From the IMG/VR virus record IMGVR_UViG_3300032307_000516, positions 8,050-72,049 of that record: a DNA stretch of 64,000 nucleotides, one strand, 5' to 3'. The notes under the pieces are model-generated. The model was not told where the DNA came from. It was given only the letters and a program-made list of their open reading frames with translations, and did not search any database. The first letter of the stretch is position 1, and the number at the start of each line of letters is the position of its first letter. Shown here one piece after another: positions 36,143 to 46,218 of this stretch. The stretch comes from a virus. A program made the translations under genes and the position numbers.

Positions 36143-36320
36143 TATTAAATTTAGGTTGTGGGAAGAATTTAAAGTATCTCTAGATTCTTTAGAAGCACTT
36201 CCTTTCTATGAATATCAGATCTATATAGATAAGCTAAACGAAAAGATAGAGAAAGAGAACAAAAAATCCGAACAAGGAGATTTAGTTGAAGCATTTTCAT
36301 TTTCAAAGCCAAAAAGTTAA
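36057..36320 (+). CDS. gp51-like small protein, start uncertain (possibly reached by frameshift)
   Basis: LANYF...SLDSLEALPFYEYQIYIDKL pattern, overlaps gp26-like gene in +1 frame. Confidence 0.5.
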   Translation: MGRSQQKYHFPEGTDPFSLFQISLANYFDIKFRLWEEFKVSLDSLEALPFYEYQIYIDKLNEKIEKENKKSEQGDLVEAFSFSKPKS

Positions 36321-36335
36321 ACTTTTTGGCTTTTT
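36305..36335. terminator. intrinsic terminator
   Basis: AAAGCCAAAAAGTT/AACTTTTTGGCTTT inverted repeat plus T-run. Confidence 0.7.
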
Positions 36336-36358
36336 AGGTATATAAATAAAAAAACATT

Positions 36359-38023
36359 TTGGCAGGAGAAACAGGATCAGAATTCCCAGTTTTTAAAACT
36401 GAAGGCGGTGCTTTTGACAGAGCTAAGTTCAACGAGTCACTTTCCACTAGCGGAGGAGCTATAGGGGTAGACAGTAGCGTTCTTGATGCTTTAAAAGAAG
36501 CAAATAGTGTAGGGGATGCAGCAAAGAAATTTTTCAAGGGTGCTTTTGAACAGAATTTAAAAGCATTAGATCCTGCTTATGATCCTCGAAGTGTATTTTA
36601 TAGAGAAGCACGTTCACCTTCAGGATTATATCAGAAATCCATACAGAATAAAATAGATAACGGGGAAGCAATAGACGGAAAAGAAATTTTCGAAATGTCT
36701 AAGAAAGCTGCAGAGAAAAAGATTGCTAATGTGGCAATACTTAAAACAGGTAAAGTTACTGAGATTTTAGAAAATGTCGGATTTGACGACTTTAAGAGTT
36801 TTGATGCTTACGAAGATGTAAAAAGCGATTTTGATAGTAAGATCAAAGAGGATAAGTTTAAGTTCGATTCAGTATTGGATGGATTTTGGCTTCTTCTGGA
36901 TGATTTGAATAGCAAAGAGCCAATTCCAACACAAACATTACAATATTTAAACAACCCCGAGAATAGCGCAATTCTGTCCGCTGTAGCTAAAGTGCTAGAA
37001 TCAGAAGGATTCAATAGCGAAAGTGTTTTAGCTATGTCTAAAAGATACGAAGAAAGTTTAGCTAAACTTGTAGAAATATCTGAAAAGGGATCTGTTGAAG
37101 GAGCTAAAACCCCTGCAGAAGAAAAAAAGATTGAAACATCCTCTACTGCAACAACAGAGGAACAAAAAGTAGGAGAAAAAAAAGAGGAAACTAAAGGTGG
37201 TGAAACAGGATCAACCCCTGTAGAATCTGCTAAAACCGAAACAACTGCGACAACTACAGGAACAACAGGTACAGAAGCAAAAGGTACTACCCAAGAAAAT
37301 ACACTTGCTAACAAAACCGGAGAAGAGCCTAAGAAATTAGATGGAGTATCAGGTACTGGAGGTACAGAAAATAAAAGCCAGCCAGCATCAGCCGAAGTAT
37401 CATCTAAGATAGACAATTTAATATCGAATCTTTTCGGCGTTAAAGGTGGTGCAGGGGGAACAGGAGCAGGAGCAGGTGGAACAGGAGCAGGTGGAACAGG
37501 AGCAGGAACAACTGGAGGAGCACAATCTCTAGAAAATAAATTGACAACAGCTGCTAGTAATACATCACAGGAAGTAAGATCTGCTATAGATAAAAATTTA
37601 GAATCATTGGGATTTAAAGCTAAATCGTCACCAAGTGGAAATTCTACTAGTACTGTAGAAAATTTATCACCTAAGAATGAAACTTCTTCCACCCCTAAGG
37701 GTATAAAAGAAACAGAGACACAAAAGTTAAGTAGTGTGGCTCCTCCTGCGGAAAATAAGCCAACAGAGGAAACTACCACATCTACTACAACGCCAGTGAA
37801 TTCTGAGACAGTAACTAATAAGGTATCGGCAGAAACGGCAAGTGTCAATTCCACCACAGGAAACGAGCAAACAAAGGGCGAAACTCCGAAAGAAACCGTT
37901 AGTTCTACAGGCAATGAAGACTTAAGTAAAAAAATGGAAACTATGGTTACACTACTGACTCAATTGAATAATACACTCCAAGGACCTCTATTAGTAACCT
38001 CAACTTCAAAAAAAATTGACTAA
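36359..38023 (+). CDS. hypothetical tail/baseplate protein with T/S/G/E low-complexity region
   Basis: 554-aa ORF, TTG start after TATAAATA. Confidence 0.7.
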   Translation: MAGETGSEFPVFKTEGGAFDRAKFNESLSTSGGAIGVDSSVLDALKEANSVGDAAKKFFKGAFEQNLKALDPAYDPRSVFYREARSPSGLYQKSIQNKIDNGEAIDGKEIFEMSKKAAEKKIANVAILKTGKVTEILENVGFDDFKSFDAYEDVKSDFDSKIKEDKFKFDSVLDGFWLLLDDLNSKEPIPTQTLQYLNNPENSAILSAVAKVLESEGFNSESVLAMSKRYEESLAKLVEISEKGSVEGAKTPAEEKKIETSSTATTEEQKVGEKKEETKGGETGSTPVESAKTETTATTTGTTGTEAKGTTQENTLANKTGEEPKKLDGVSGTGGTENKSQPASAEVSSKIDNLISNLFGVKGGAGGTGAGAGGTGAGGTGAGTTGGAQSLENKLTTAASNTSQEVRSAIDKNLESLGFKAKSSPSGNSTSTVENLSPKNETSSTPKGIKETETQKLSSVAPPAENKPTEETTTSTTTPVNSETVTNKVSAETASVNSTTGNEQTKGETPKETVSSTGNEDLSKKMETMVTLLTQLNNTLQGPLLVTSTSKKID

Positions 38024-38080
38024 GGGGGTTTACTTTTTGAAAACAATCTACTATATTTGTAAAAATAAAATCTAAATAAA

Positions 38081-38353
38081 ATGAGTAAAAATTACGAGAT
38101 CACTAAGGAGCTAAGGCAGGCTTCATTAGAATTCCTAAAGGAGTTTGGGAATTACCAAAAATGCCTAGAAATTTTAAGCGATGAAGAAAAATTAGAATTT
38201 ACCGAAGAAGAAGTTAATGAAATATTGAATCTATTGGGCTCATTCAGATTAAGGGATGTCTTCAACATCGTAGAAAGATATAAAGTTGAAGTTACACCTT
38301 TAAAATCTCAAACTGATGAGCAATCAGAGCCTATCACAGGACAAGCAGAATAA
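38081..38353 (+). CDS. hypothetical protein
   Basis: 90-aa ORF after TATATTTG promoter (38052-38059). Confidence 0.7.
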   Translation: MSKNYEITKELRQASLEFLKEFGNYQKCLEILSDEEKLEFTEEEVNEILNLLGSFRLRDVFNIVERYKVEVTPLKSQTDEQSEPITGQAE

Positions 38354-38753
38354 AGTCGATCGTTTATACTTAAAAATGGCTAAGGTATGGGCCGAGAATT
38401 CTCACTGTAAGAGAAGTCAGGTCGGGTGTCTTATTGTCAATAATCGACAAATTATATCTGATGGATACAACGGAACACCTTCCGGATTTCCTAACAATTG
38501 TGAAGATTGCGACAACAACACATTACACACAGTATTACACGCTGAAGCCAATGCTATTACTAAAATAGCTAAAAGTACGAACAGCGCAGAAGGTTCAACA
38601 CTTTATGTGACTCTCTCACCATGTTTCGATTGTGCTAAACTTATAATTCAGGCAGGAATTAAAAGAATAGTATACTCTGAAGTTTATAGAAAGACAGATT
38701 CTTTTAAACTTTTCGAAGAAGCAGGTATAGAAATAAAACAAATGGATATTTAA
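38316..38753 (+). CDS. dCMP deaminase
   Basis: GYNG, HAEANAI, PCFDC. Confidence 0.93.
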   Translation: MSNQSLSQDKQNKVDRLYLKMAKVWAENSHCKRSQVGCLIVNNRQIISDGYNGTPSGFPNNCEDCDNNTLHTVLHAEANAITKIAKSTNSAEGSTLYVTLSPCFDCAKLIIQAGIKRIVYSEVYRKTDSFKLFEEAGIEIKQMDI

Positions 38754-38767
38754 AAAAATTAGAAAAA

Positions 38768-39385
38768 ATGGCAGTAAAAAACATTCAGGAATTAGCAGAA
38801 AGCTTTATGCGAACGTCGTCAGATAAAGACTTCGTAGAATTATATAAAAGAATCAAACCAGGATTATTGAATCATTGTAAATCTATATTAATAGATACAG
38901 ATGCAGCAGAGGATGCGGTATCGAATACAATGGCAAAGATCTGGACAAAAATATCACAATACGATCCGCAGAGAGGTAATTTTTCTACATGGGTATACAA
39001 TATAGCAAGAAACGAATCCTTAGTAATAAAAAAGAGTGAAGACCGTTATATGCCAATAATACAGGAGATAGTTAAAAATAATGATGACGGAGAAGATACA
39101 GTTCAAAGAGTAAGTCATTATCAGGATAATATCTACAACTGTGATTATATTAGTAGTGAGGCAAATGAAATGGAGGATCTATACGAAAATGTATTAGAGA
39201 GAATGAAAGATCTTCCAGATATCTACAAAGATATTCTTTTCGACCGAGAGATCTTAAGAATGAAATATCAAGAGATAGCTGATAAGCACGGAATGAAAAA
39301 AAGAGCTATTGCTACTAGAATACGTAGAGCTAGATTAAAAGTTAGAGAGATGTTTCCTGGAGTTAATTTGACTTTCAACGATTGA
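38768..39385 (+). CDS. ECF-type sigma-70 factor
   Basis: AEDAV, FSTWVYNIARN (region 2), YQEIA..RIRRAR (region 4). Confidence 0.9.
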   Translation: MAVKNIQELAESFMRTSSDKDFVELYKRIKPGLLNHCKSILIDTDAAEDAVSNTMAKIWTKISQYDPQRGNFSTWVYNIARNESLVIKKSEDRYMPIIQEIVKNNDDGEDTVQRVSHYQDNIYNCDYISSEANEMEDLYENVLERMKDLPDIYKDILFDREILRMKYQEIADKHGMKKRAIATRIRRARLKVREMFPGVNLTFND

Positions 39386-39443
39386 TCCCAATAAATCAGA
39401 TTGTAACTTTTTCTTTCGTTTAATCTAAAAATAGAAAAGATTT

Positions 39444-39905
39444 ATGAATTATCCTTTCAAAAGAGTTGTAATAGATATCAAAAATTATCTTTATATCCGT
39501 AGGATCATAAAGAAAAATCGAGATACTATTGAATGGCAAAAGTTTAAATTAAGAGTGGATTGGATCGGAAGAATCTATACGGTAATAAATCTTCCACCTG
39601 AGGTTTTATATTCACCGGATACACCCGAGGAAATTAGACCGGCTTATGTACTTGAAGAATCCAAGCCTTTAAATGAATATTTAACAAGCTTAAATCTACA
39701 GGAAATAATACTTCCAAGTATTAATCCCATACCATCTTCTACTTCTTACCTATTAACATATACCCCATATTTTCAAAGATTGTCGTTAAGATGGATCCTA
39801 TACCGAACTATATTACTTCTAGTTCTTATTTGGACTCAAGTAAAATTTGGATTTTTGGGATGGGTAGGATCACAACTAATTAATCTATATGAGTTTATCT
39901 TCTGA
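39444..39905 (+). CDS. hypothetical membrane protein
   Basis: C-terminal hydrophobic helix. Confidence 0.7.
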   Translation: MNYPFKRVVIDIKNYLYIRRIIKKNRDTIEWQKFKLRVDWIGRIYTVINLPPEVLYSPDTPEEIRPAYVLEESKPLNEYLTSLNLQEIILPSINPIPSSTSYLLTYTPYFQRLSLRWILYRTILLLVLIWTQVKFGFLGWVGSQLINLYEFIF

Positions 39906-40647
39906 TATAAACATAACAAGACAAGCATATCCTTGGGGTAGAGCTTACATAATAGAAGGAGCCGATGAGGCTCCTTTAATTTTACCATCTGTTACTACTA
40001 TATTAAAACTAGTAGAAAATAAAAAATACGAAAAGCTCAGGAAAGAATTCGGTGAGAAAAGGTGGGAGAAGATACTTCACGATGCTGCGGAAAGGGGAAC
40101 TGTCATGCACACCATGCTGGAGCTTTTTCTTTTGGAATGGGCAAAAGAAAAGAATGTTGACAGATCTTTAAAAAAAGCACAGATATTTGCAATCGAAGAA
40201 TCTAGAAGAGATAACGGTAAATACCTAAAATATGTTGAGAAAGGTAGGAATCTATTCTGGAATTTCTATCATGCTAAGTTCTGGGAAAATATCTCGGAAG
40301 TTGTAGACAATGAAGCATTTCTTTACACCACATTCAAAGGAGGATGGGCAGGAGCTTGCGATTTTGTTTATAGAGATTTAGAAATGAATCTAATAGTAGA
40401 TGATTTTAAATCTTCAACCTCTCCTAAAGACGAGGAAGACATATTAAATTACAAATTACAGATAGCTGCTTATATGTTTATGTGTGCTGAAAAATATGGT
40501 GAGGTTCCAAAGGTTGGAAAGATAAGGATAGCAAATGAACAGACCCCGGATTTGCAAATATTTGAAGTCCACGATTATGAGCTAAAAGAATATCTTTCAC
40601 AGTTTATTGAATTGGCTCAAAAATTTAGAAAAATACACTCCATATAA
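39889..40647 (+). CDS. PD-(D/E)xK exonuclease
   Basis: PSVTTIL, RGTVMH, GACD, DFKSS, QIAAY. Confidence 0.85.
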   Translation: MSLSSDINITRQAYPWGRAYIIEGADEAPLILPSVTTILKLVENKKYEKLRKEFGEKRWEKILHDAAERGTVMHTMLELFLLEWAKEKNVDRSLKKAQIFAIEESRRDNGKYLKYVEKGRNLFWNFYHAKFWENISEVVDNEAFLYTTFKGGWAGACDFVYRDLEMNLIVDDFKSSTSPKDEEDILNYKLQIAAYMFMCAEKYGEVPKVGKIRIANEQTPDLQIFEVHDYELKEYLSQFIELAQKFRKIHSI

Positions 40648-40695
40648 GAAACTTCTTATTATTTCCAAGTATAACAAACATAAAAAATATTTAAA

Positions 40696-41205
40696 ATGGC
40701 AAAGACTAAAATTAAAGAAGCAGCACCAGCTATTACTGAAGAACAAAACGAAGCAATCCTTGATAAGTTCATCACTAATGTAGATCAAGAAAAAGTTGCT
40801 TCAATCAGAAAAGATTTAGAGGACTTTAAAAAAAGTCTTACTGATAAGGAGTATGCAGTTTCAATGGATGCTAACTTATTAAAAAGATTTGACACATTCA
40901 TGAACGAGGAAGTGGAATGGAGATCTAAAGAAGCATTAGGTGTTACTGAAATTATTAAAAGAATCGAAGCCATTAAAAAAGAAGGAATTAAAGATGGTGT
41001 AGCATACTTAACAAATCTTGAAGTTGAGGCTTCTCACTATTTTCTTATGAAATGGTCAGGAAAGGGATCTTCAGAAGTTAAGGATTTCATTTCTTTATGG
41101 AAAACTTTCGAAGAAACACTAGCTCTTATCCAACAAGATAACGCTGTAGTTAAAGACTTAGAACAACAATTAGCTGCTGCAGAACAAGGAGTAGAGATTG
41201 AATAA
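40696..41205 (+). CDS. hypothetical protein
   Basis: 169-aa ORF with promoter and terminator. Confidence 0.75.
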   Translation: MAKTKIKEAAPAITEEQNEAILDKFITNVDQEKVASIRKDLEDFKKSLTDKEYAVSMDANLLKRFDTFMNEEVEWRSKEALGVTEIIKRIEAIKKEGIKDGVAYLTNLEVEASHYFLMKWSGKGSSEVKDFISLWKTFEETLALIQQDNAVVKDLEQQLAAAEQGVEIE

Positions 41206-41228
41206 TTAATAACCTGCTACTATAATAC

Positions 41229-41259
41229 TAAAGACTGGATTTAACTCCAGTCTTTTTTT
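41229..41259 (+). terminator. intrinsic terminator
   Basis: AAAGACTGGA/TCCAGTCTTT plus T-run. Confidence 0.75.
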
Positions 41260-41277
41260 TGTGGATATATAGAGAGT

Positions 41278-42432
41278 ATGAAAAAGAAATTGTTTCCTTG
41301 GATAATAGCACTCTCGGCTTTAGCTGTCTCCGGATCTGCTGCATTCTATTCAGTATCAGGATTAGGTAAAATGTTTGCTGGAGCTTCTTTGCAAGTTATG
41401 GTTCTTGCAGGCAGTCTAGAATTTGCAAAACTTGTAACGGCTTCACTTTTGTACCAATATTGGACTTCTCTTAATAGATTGCTCAAAGTTTACCTATCTA
41501 TAGCCACTCTTATTTTGATTTTAATAACGTCTGCTGGGATTTACGGGTTCTTGTCAGCTGCTTATCAAGAAACAGCTTTTAAAGTCCAGAATCAGGACAA
41601 AAACATCGAAATATTGGATAAGAATATTTCCATAATCAAAACTGAAATAGCCAATTACGAATCACAGGTTAAGCAGAAAAATGATAGGGTATCACAATTA
41701 ACTACGATTAGAACAAATCTTCAATCCACACAGGATGTATTAATAGAAAAGGGGAAATCTACCAACGCTGTTAGACAGCAAATTAAAGATGTTGATTCAG
41801 AGATCAAAAGAGTAGATTCCGAGGTATCAGCACTTAATGATTCAATATCTTCTAAAAATAGTAAAATATCTTTAATCGAAACCAATAAACTAGACGTATC
41901 CTCCGACTCAGATCTTGCTAAAGAAGTTGGACCACTTAAATATATTGCCGAATTAACTGGAAAGGGATTGGGTGAGATTGTGAATTGGTATATTATAGTA
42001 CTGATGCTAGTTTTTGATCCACTAGCAATAGCTTTAGTTATTGCTGCAAACTTTGCATTTCAGAAATCCAAAGATGACGAGGGAGTAGATACAAAAAATA
42101 AAATAACAGAAGAAAACAAAAAAGATGATATGAAAGATGTAGCTAAAAAATTATGGGGGACTTTAACCAAATTTACAAGAAGAAAAAACAAATCCTCTAA
42201 TGAAGATACCAAGGATCCAATTATAGAAGAAGCACTTACTCCGAAAAAGGAATCACCTTTCATATCTGTTTCTGATATAGTCAAAGAAGATTTGGTAGAT
42301 AATAAGAATGAGGAGGAGATTCAAGAGAGTGAAGAGGATAAATACAATAGGGAAATGGAAGAATATAAGAGAAGAAGGGATAGATTCAGAAACAATCCTG
42401 GAAACCAAGGCCCATTAAGAAGAACGAGATGA
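41278..42432 (+). CDS. membrane-anchored coiled-coil protein
   Basis: 3 N-terminal TMs, coiled coil, VFDPLA TM. Confidence 0.75.
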   Translation: MKKKLFPWIIALSALAVSGSAAFYSVSGLGKMFAGASLQVMVLAGSLEFAKLVTASLLYQYWTSLNRLLKVYLSIATLILILITSAGIYGFLSAAYQETAFKVQNQDKNIEILDKNISIIKTEIANYESQVKQKNDRVSQLTTIRTNLQSTQDVLIEKGKSTNAVRQQIKDVDSEIKRVDSEVSALNDSISSKNSKISLIETNKLDVSSDSDLAKEVGPLKYIAELTGKGLGEIVNWYIIVLMLVFDPLAIALVIAANFAFQKSKDDEGVDTKNKITEENKKDDMKDVAKKLWGTLTKFTRRKNKSSNEDTKDPIIEEALTPKKESPFISVSDIVKEDLVDNKNEEEIQESEEDKYNREMEEYKRRRDRFRNNPGNQGPLRRTR

Positions 42433-43013
42433 TAAAACCAATTTATACAACAAATCCGGAGTACATAAAGTTCTTAGATTGTAATCCTGCGGTCTATAGA
42501 AGAGTAGCATTCCAATCTTGTAATTTAGATATAAAAGAAGGATCAAAGGTTTTGTCTACTATATCATTATGTGACTTTAAATTGGAATCATTAGGAAGCG
42601 GGGATCTTGGAGGATGTGGAGGATCTTTAAAAAGAAATATAACTTTAAAAGCTTCTTCTAATTATGTACTAACAGCGCCGGAAGTAGGTCAAGAGCAAGG
42701 GGAGGTTCAGCTGATTGTAATAAAGGTTAAGTACGATAGTAAAATAGATCCAGCGGATAGGTATTTGACTTGGGAATATAAGGGAAATGCTTATCCTATA
42801 AATTCTCTTATGGTTTTAACCGGTAGAACAGAACCAGGGATACCTTGGCAAGGATGGGATTTAAGTTATTACTCTAACAATCCTCCTTCTCCAGACTTTT
42901 CACCCCATATATTTCCACCGATTACTTCTCCGGATTTAACTTTCGGAGGTATTATGTTTACCAACCCTAATCAGTCTTATGATGCTGAACTAGAAATATT
43001 TGTTTTTAACTAA
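42429..43013 (+). CDS. hypothetical structural protein
   Basis: Paralog of next gene (FQxCNL, ISLCD, GWDL). Confidence 0.75.
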   Translation: MIKPIYTTNPEYIKFLDCNPAVYRRVAFQSCNLDIKEGSKVLSTISLCDFKLESLGSGDLGGCGGSLKRNITLKASSNYVLTAPEVGQEQGEVQLIVIKVKYDSKIDPADRYLTWEYKGNAYPINSLMVLTGRTEPGIPWQGWDLSYYSNNPPSPDFSPHIFPPITSPDLTFGGIMFTNPNQSYDAELEIFVFN

Positions 43014-43567
43014 TGGCTACACCACCTCTAGTATGTAATACTATTCCTTTCGAAGGAGCTATCTTCCAAAGATGTAACCTACAGGTTATTAACGGAACAA
43101 CTGTAATTAGAGAAATCTCTTTATGTGACACAGACATAACGATAAACAATTTTTCGAGCTTTTCTGGATGCGTCTATGGTAACTCGACACTTCTATTAAA
43201 CTCTGAAGGACTTGGAGAGCTTTCTTTTATAATGATAAAAGCAACATATCCTACTACTTTACCAGTAGCTAGTAGATTTATAAATATAATCTATGATGGA
43301 GCTTATTTGCCGATGTCAAATTTAACTATATTAACAGGCAATCCTAGTGATTATTCACCAAATTTTCCAGGTAGAGGATGGGATTTAGATCCTAATGGAA
43401 GCGATATCGAATCTCCTTTCTTCAGCCAAGGAGGTATGTTACTCTATAATCCTCATAGTGTTAGGGTAAACGTTGAGGTGATATTAGCTGGAGGATTTTC
43501 AACTTCCAACGGATCATCAAACGATTTTATCGTTTCGGAAGATGGAGATTTTATAATGTCCGAATAA
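43013..43567 (+). CDS. hypothetical structural protein
   Basis: Paralog of previous gene. Confidence 0.75.
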   Translation: MATPPLVCNTIPFEGAIFQRCNLQVINGTTVIREISLCDTDITINNFSSFSGCVYGNSTLLLNSEGLGELSFIMIKATYPTTLPVASRFINIIYDGAYLPMSNLTILTGNPSDYSPNFPGRGWDLDPNGSDIESPFFSQGGMLLYNPHSVRVNVEVILAGGFSTSNGSSNDFIVSEDGDFIMSE

Positions 43568-43580
43568 AAAAAATTATAAA

Positions 43581-44816
43581 ATGTCGAATAGAAAAAGACC
43601 TATATCTAATTATCCAACCGCTGAACAATTTACAGATGGTGATTTTTTATTGGGGCTGCACGAGGGAAAAACATCCAAATTTCCTCAAACAATAATAACT
43701 TCAGCAGGTCCTACAGGTGATAGCGGAACCAGTGGAACATCAGGATTATCTGCTTTAGGCTTACCATCAAAAGTTATTTTTACTGATAATACAGGATGGA
43801 CATATGATGGAACTGCGGGAACTAATACTAAAACTTTCACATTCTCAACTCCATTTCAAAATACCAACTATTCTGCGGATTTAATTTGGCAACTTGCGGA
43901 CTTTGATGCTACCGCTCATAGTAATAGTTTTAGTGATAATTTTGGGTCAGTAATATTCCTAAATAAAACAGCATCTTCAATAGATGTTGAATTTGATTAT
44001 GTTTCATCCGATATATCGGGATTACCAGGTTTTAATGCCCGTTTAGTTTTGATTGCAGAAGGGGAAAGTAATGGGTCAGGTATAAATGGTACATCGGGCA
44101 CTAGCGGAACATCAGGATCAAGTGGAGCCAGTGGTTCTTCAGGTACTTCAGGAACATCAGGAATAAATGGAACTAGCGGATCTTCTGGAACATCAGGATC
44201 TTCTGGAACATCAGGAACTAGTGGATCTTCTGGAACATCAGGAACTAGTGGATCTTCTGGAACATCAGGTTCATCGGGTACTTCTGGAACATCAGGAACT
44301 AGTGGATCTTCGGGAACATCAGGATCTTCGGGAACATCAGGATCTTCGGGAACATCAGGAACTAGTGGATCTTCTGGAACATCAGGTTCATCGGGTACTT
44401 CTGGAACATCAGGATCTAGTGGCACAGCAGGAACTTCAGGATCTAGCGGAACTTCTTTTTCGTCACCCTATACTGGAAACATACAAATAAACGGACAGGC
44501 GTGGATTACTGCTGACGCAAACGGAAACACCACATCAACAACAGCTGTTGATTGGAATAATGGAAATATACAGACCTTCACACTAAACGCTAACCCAACA
44601 ACTTTTACTTTTAGCAACGGACAAGCAGGAGCTACTTACATTTTAATAATAAGACAAAATTCCTCAGGTTCATATACAGTGAGCTGGCCTGGAACAGTAG
44701 CTTGGTCTGGAGCTTCAACTCCAACTATGACTCCAACCGCTAATAGATATGATGTTTATACATTTATTTATGATGGTACTAAATACTTTGGATCGTATGT
44801 ACAAAACTTTACGTAA
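43581..44816 (+). CDS. fibre-like protein with Gly-Thr-Ser/Gly-Ser-Ser repeats
   Basis: (GTS/GSS)n tract ~44085-44455. Confidence 0.8.
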   Translation: MSNRKRPISNYPTAEQFTDGDFLLGLHEGKTSKFPQTIITSAGPTGDSGTSGTSGLSALGLPSKVIFTDNTGWTYDGTAGTNTKTFTFSTPFQNTNYSADLIWQLADFDATAHSNSFSDNFGSVIFLNKTASSIDVEFDYVSSDISGLPGFNARLVLIAEGESNGSGINGTSGTSGTSGSSGASGSSGTSGTSGINGTSGSSGTSGSSGTSGTSGSSGTSGTSGSSGTSGSSGTSGTSGTSGSSGTSGSSGTSGSSGTSGTSGSSGTSGSSGTSGTSGSSGTAGTSGSSGTSFSSPYTGNIQINGQAWITADANGNTTSTTAVDWNNGNIQTFTLNANPTTFTFSNGQAGATYILIIRQNSSGSYTVSWPGTVAWSGASTPTMTPTANRYDVYTFIYDGTKYFGSYVQNFT

Positions 44817-46216
44817 TGATAGTATTTCCGTTTTCTTTTCTATCTGTTCAGAATAGTTTAATACTGGACTGGGACATACAAAATCAATCATCATATTCAG
44901 GAAGCGGATCAACTATAACGGATCTAAGAGGAAATTCTAACGGGACATTAGTTGGAACAATAGACTACACCTCAGGATACCCTAGTTATTTAACTATTCA
45001 GGGTAGCAGCAGTGAGTATATTGTTTCGTCTGTTAATCTAAACTCCAAATTATCCCCTACCAATACAGGAACTTCAATATCATATTTTCTTTGGGTTTAC
45101 CCTACAGGAAACGGTGTTATATTAAACGAACAAGGAACAACGACACCCGCTAGTAGCTGGCACGATACACAAATTGAAATTGTATCTGGATCATTGAAAT
45201 TTAGGCTCTGGCAATTAGCTTCTCCTTTTTTAACCTCCAGTACTAGTATAACTTTAAATACATGGAATCACATAGGATTAACCTATGATGGTACTAATTT
45301 AATCGCATACCTAAACGGGTCGCAAGTAGCTTCCACAACTTCTTTTTCGAGGCTTACGCCTTACAACGATGGCAGTGGAGTAGGCTTATATTATTCCCTA
45401 GGAGCAACTGACAACGCTACAAATATGGGTGACGGCAACGGTGCTACATTTAGATTCGGCTCATTTCGTGTATATAACACAGGATTAACAGGAACTCAAG
45501 TTTTGAATCTTTACAACGACACTAAATCTAGCTACAGCATAGTTACTGATAGTCTTTTCATGAAATTAGATGCGTCTAATTACACTAGGGGAACTTGGAT
45601 TGATGAAACAGGTAACGGAAATAATGCAACAATCAACGGAGCTACTTGGCTGTCATCAGACGGAGGAATATTTGATTTAGATGGTTCTAGTAATACTATT
45701 AGTATACCTAATAACTCGTCATTATCCTTATCTGCATCAGTACAAAAAACAATACAGGTTTGGGTTAAATTTGACACTTTACCTGCATTGAATGTACAGA
45801 TTCCAGTCTTTGGTAAGCTTTCTTCTAATTATGGATTTGATGGATATTGGGGCGGTTTATATTCTAATAGCGGTTTAGTAAGATGTGTTACCAATGGAAC
45901 AGGTGCACAGAAAATATCTAATTCATCTCTAACAGTTAACTCTAATACATGGTACCTATTTACTTTTGTTTCACAAATATCATCAACTAGCAATACAACT
46001 AAGGTTTATATTAATACTACTGAATACATTACTACTGCTCACGGATCTGATTCATATTCGGAATCTAACCCGCTTTATTTGGGATGGATCGGATCTGGTG
46101 TTGGATCTGCATACCTTAACGGAAAGATAGGAGCCTGTTATTTCTACACAAAAGGATTAAGCGTATCGGAGATTACTACAAACTACAATGCTACAAAATC
46201 TAAATACGGTTTATAA
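44816..46216 (+). CDS. tandem LamG/ConA-like lectin domain protein
   Basis: WNHIGLTYDG, YLNG, NGKIG motifs. Confidence 0.8.
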   Translation: MIVFPFSFLSVQNSLILDWDIQNQSSYSGSGSTITDLRGNSNGTLVGTIDYTSGYPSYLTIQGSSSEYIVSSVNLNSKLSPTNTGTSISYFLWVYPTGNGVILNEQGTTTPASSWHDTQIEIVSGSLKFRLWQLASPFLTSSTSITLNTWNHIGLTYDGTNLIAYLNGSQVASTTSFSRLTPYNDGSGVGLYYSLGATDNATNMGDGNGATFRFGSFRVYNTGLTGTQVLNLYNDTKSSYSIVTDSLFMKLDASNYTRGTWIDETGNGNNATINGATWLSSDGGIFDLDGSSNTISIPNNSSLSLSASVQKTIQVWVKFDTLPALNVQIPVFGKLSSNYGFDGYWGGLYSNSGLVRCVTNGTGAQKISNSSLTVNSNTWYLFTFVSQISSTSNTTKVYINTTEYITTAHGSDSYSESNPLYLGWIGSGVGSAYLNGKIGACYFYTKGLSVSEITTNYNATKSKYGL

Positions 46217-46218
46217 AA

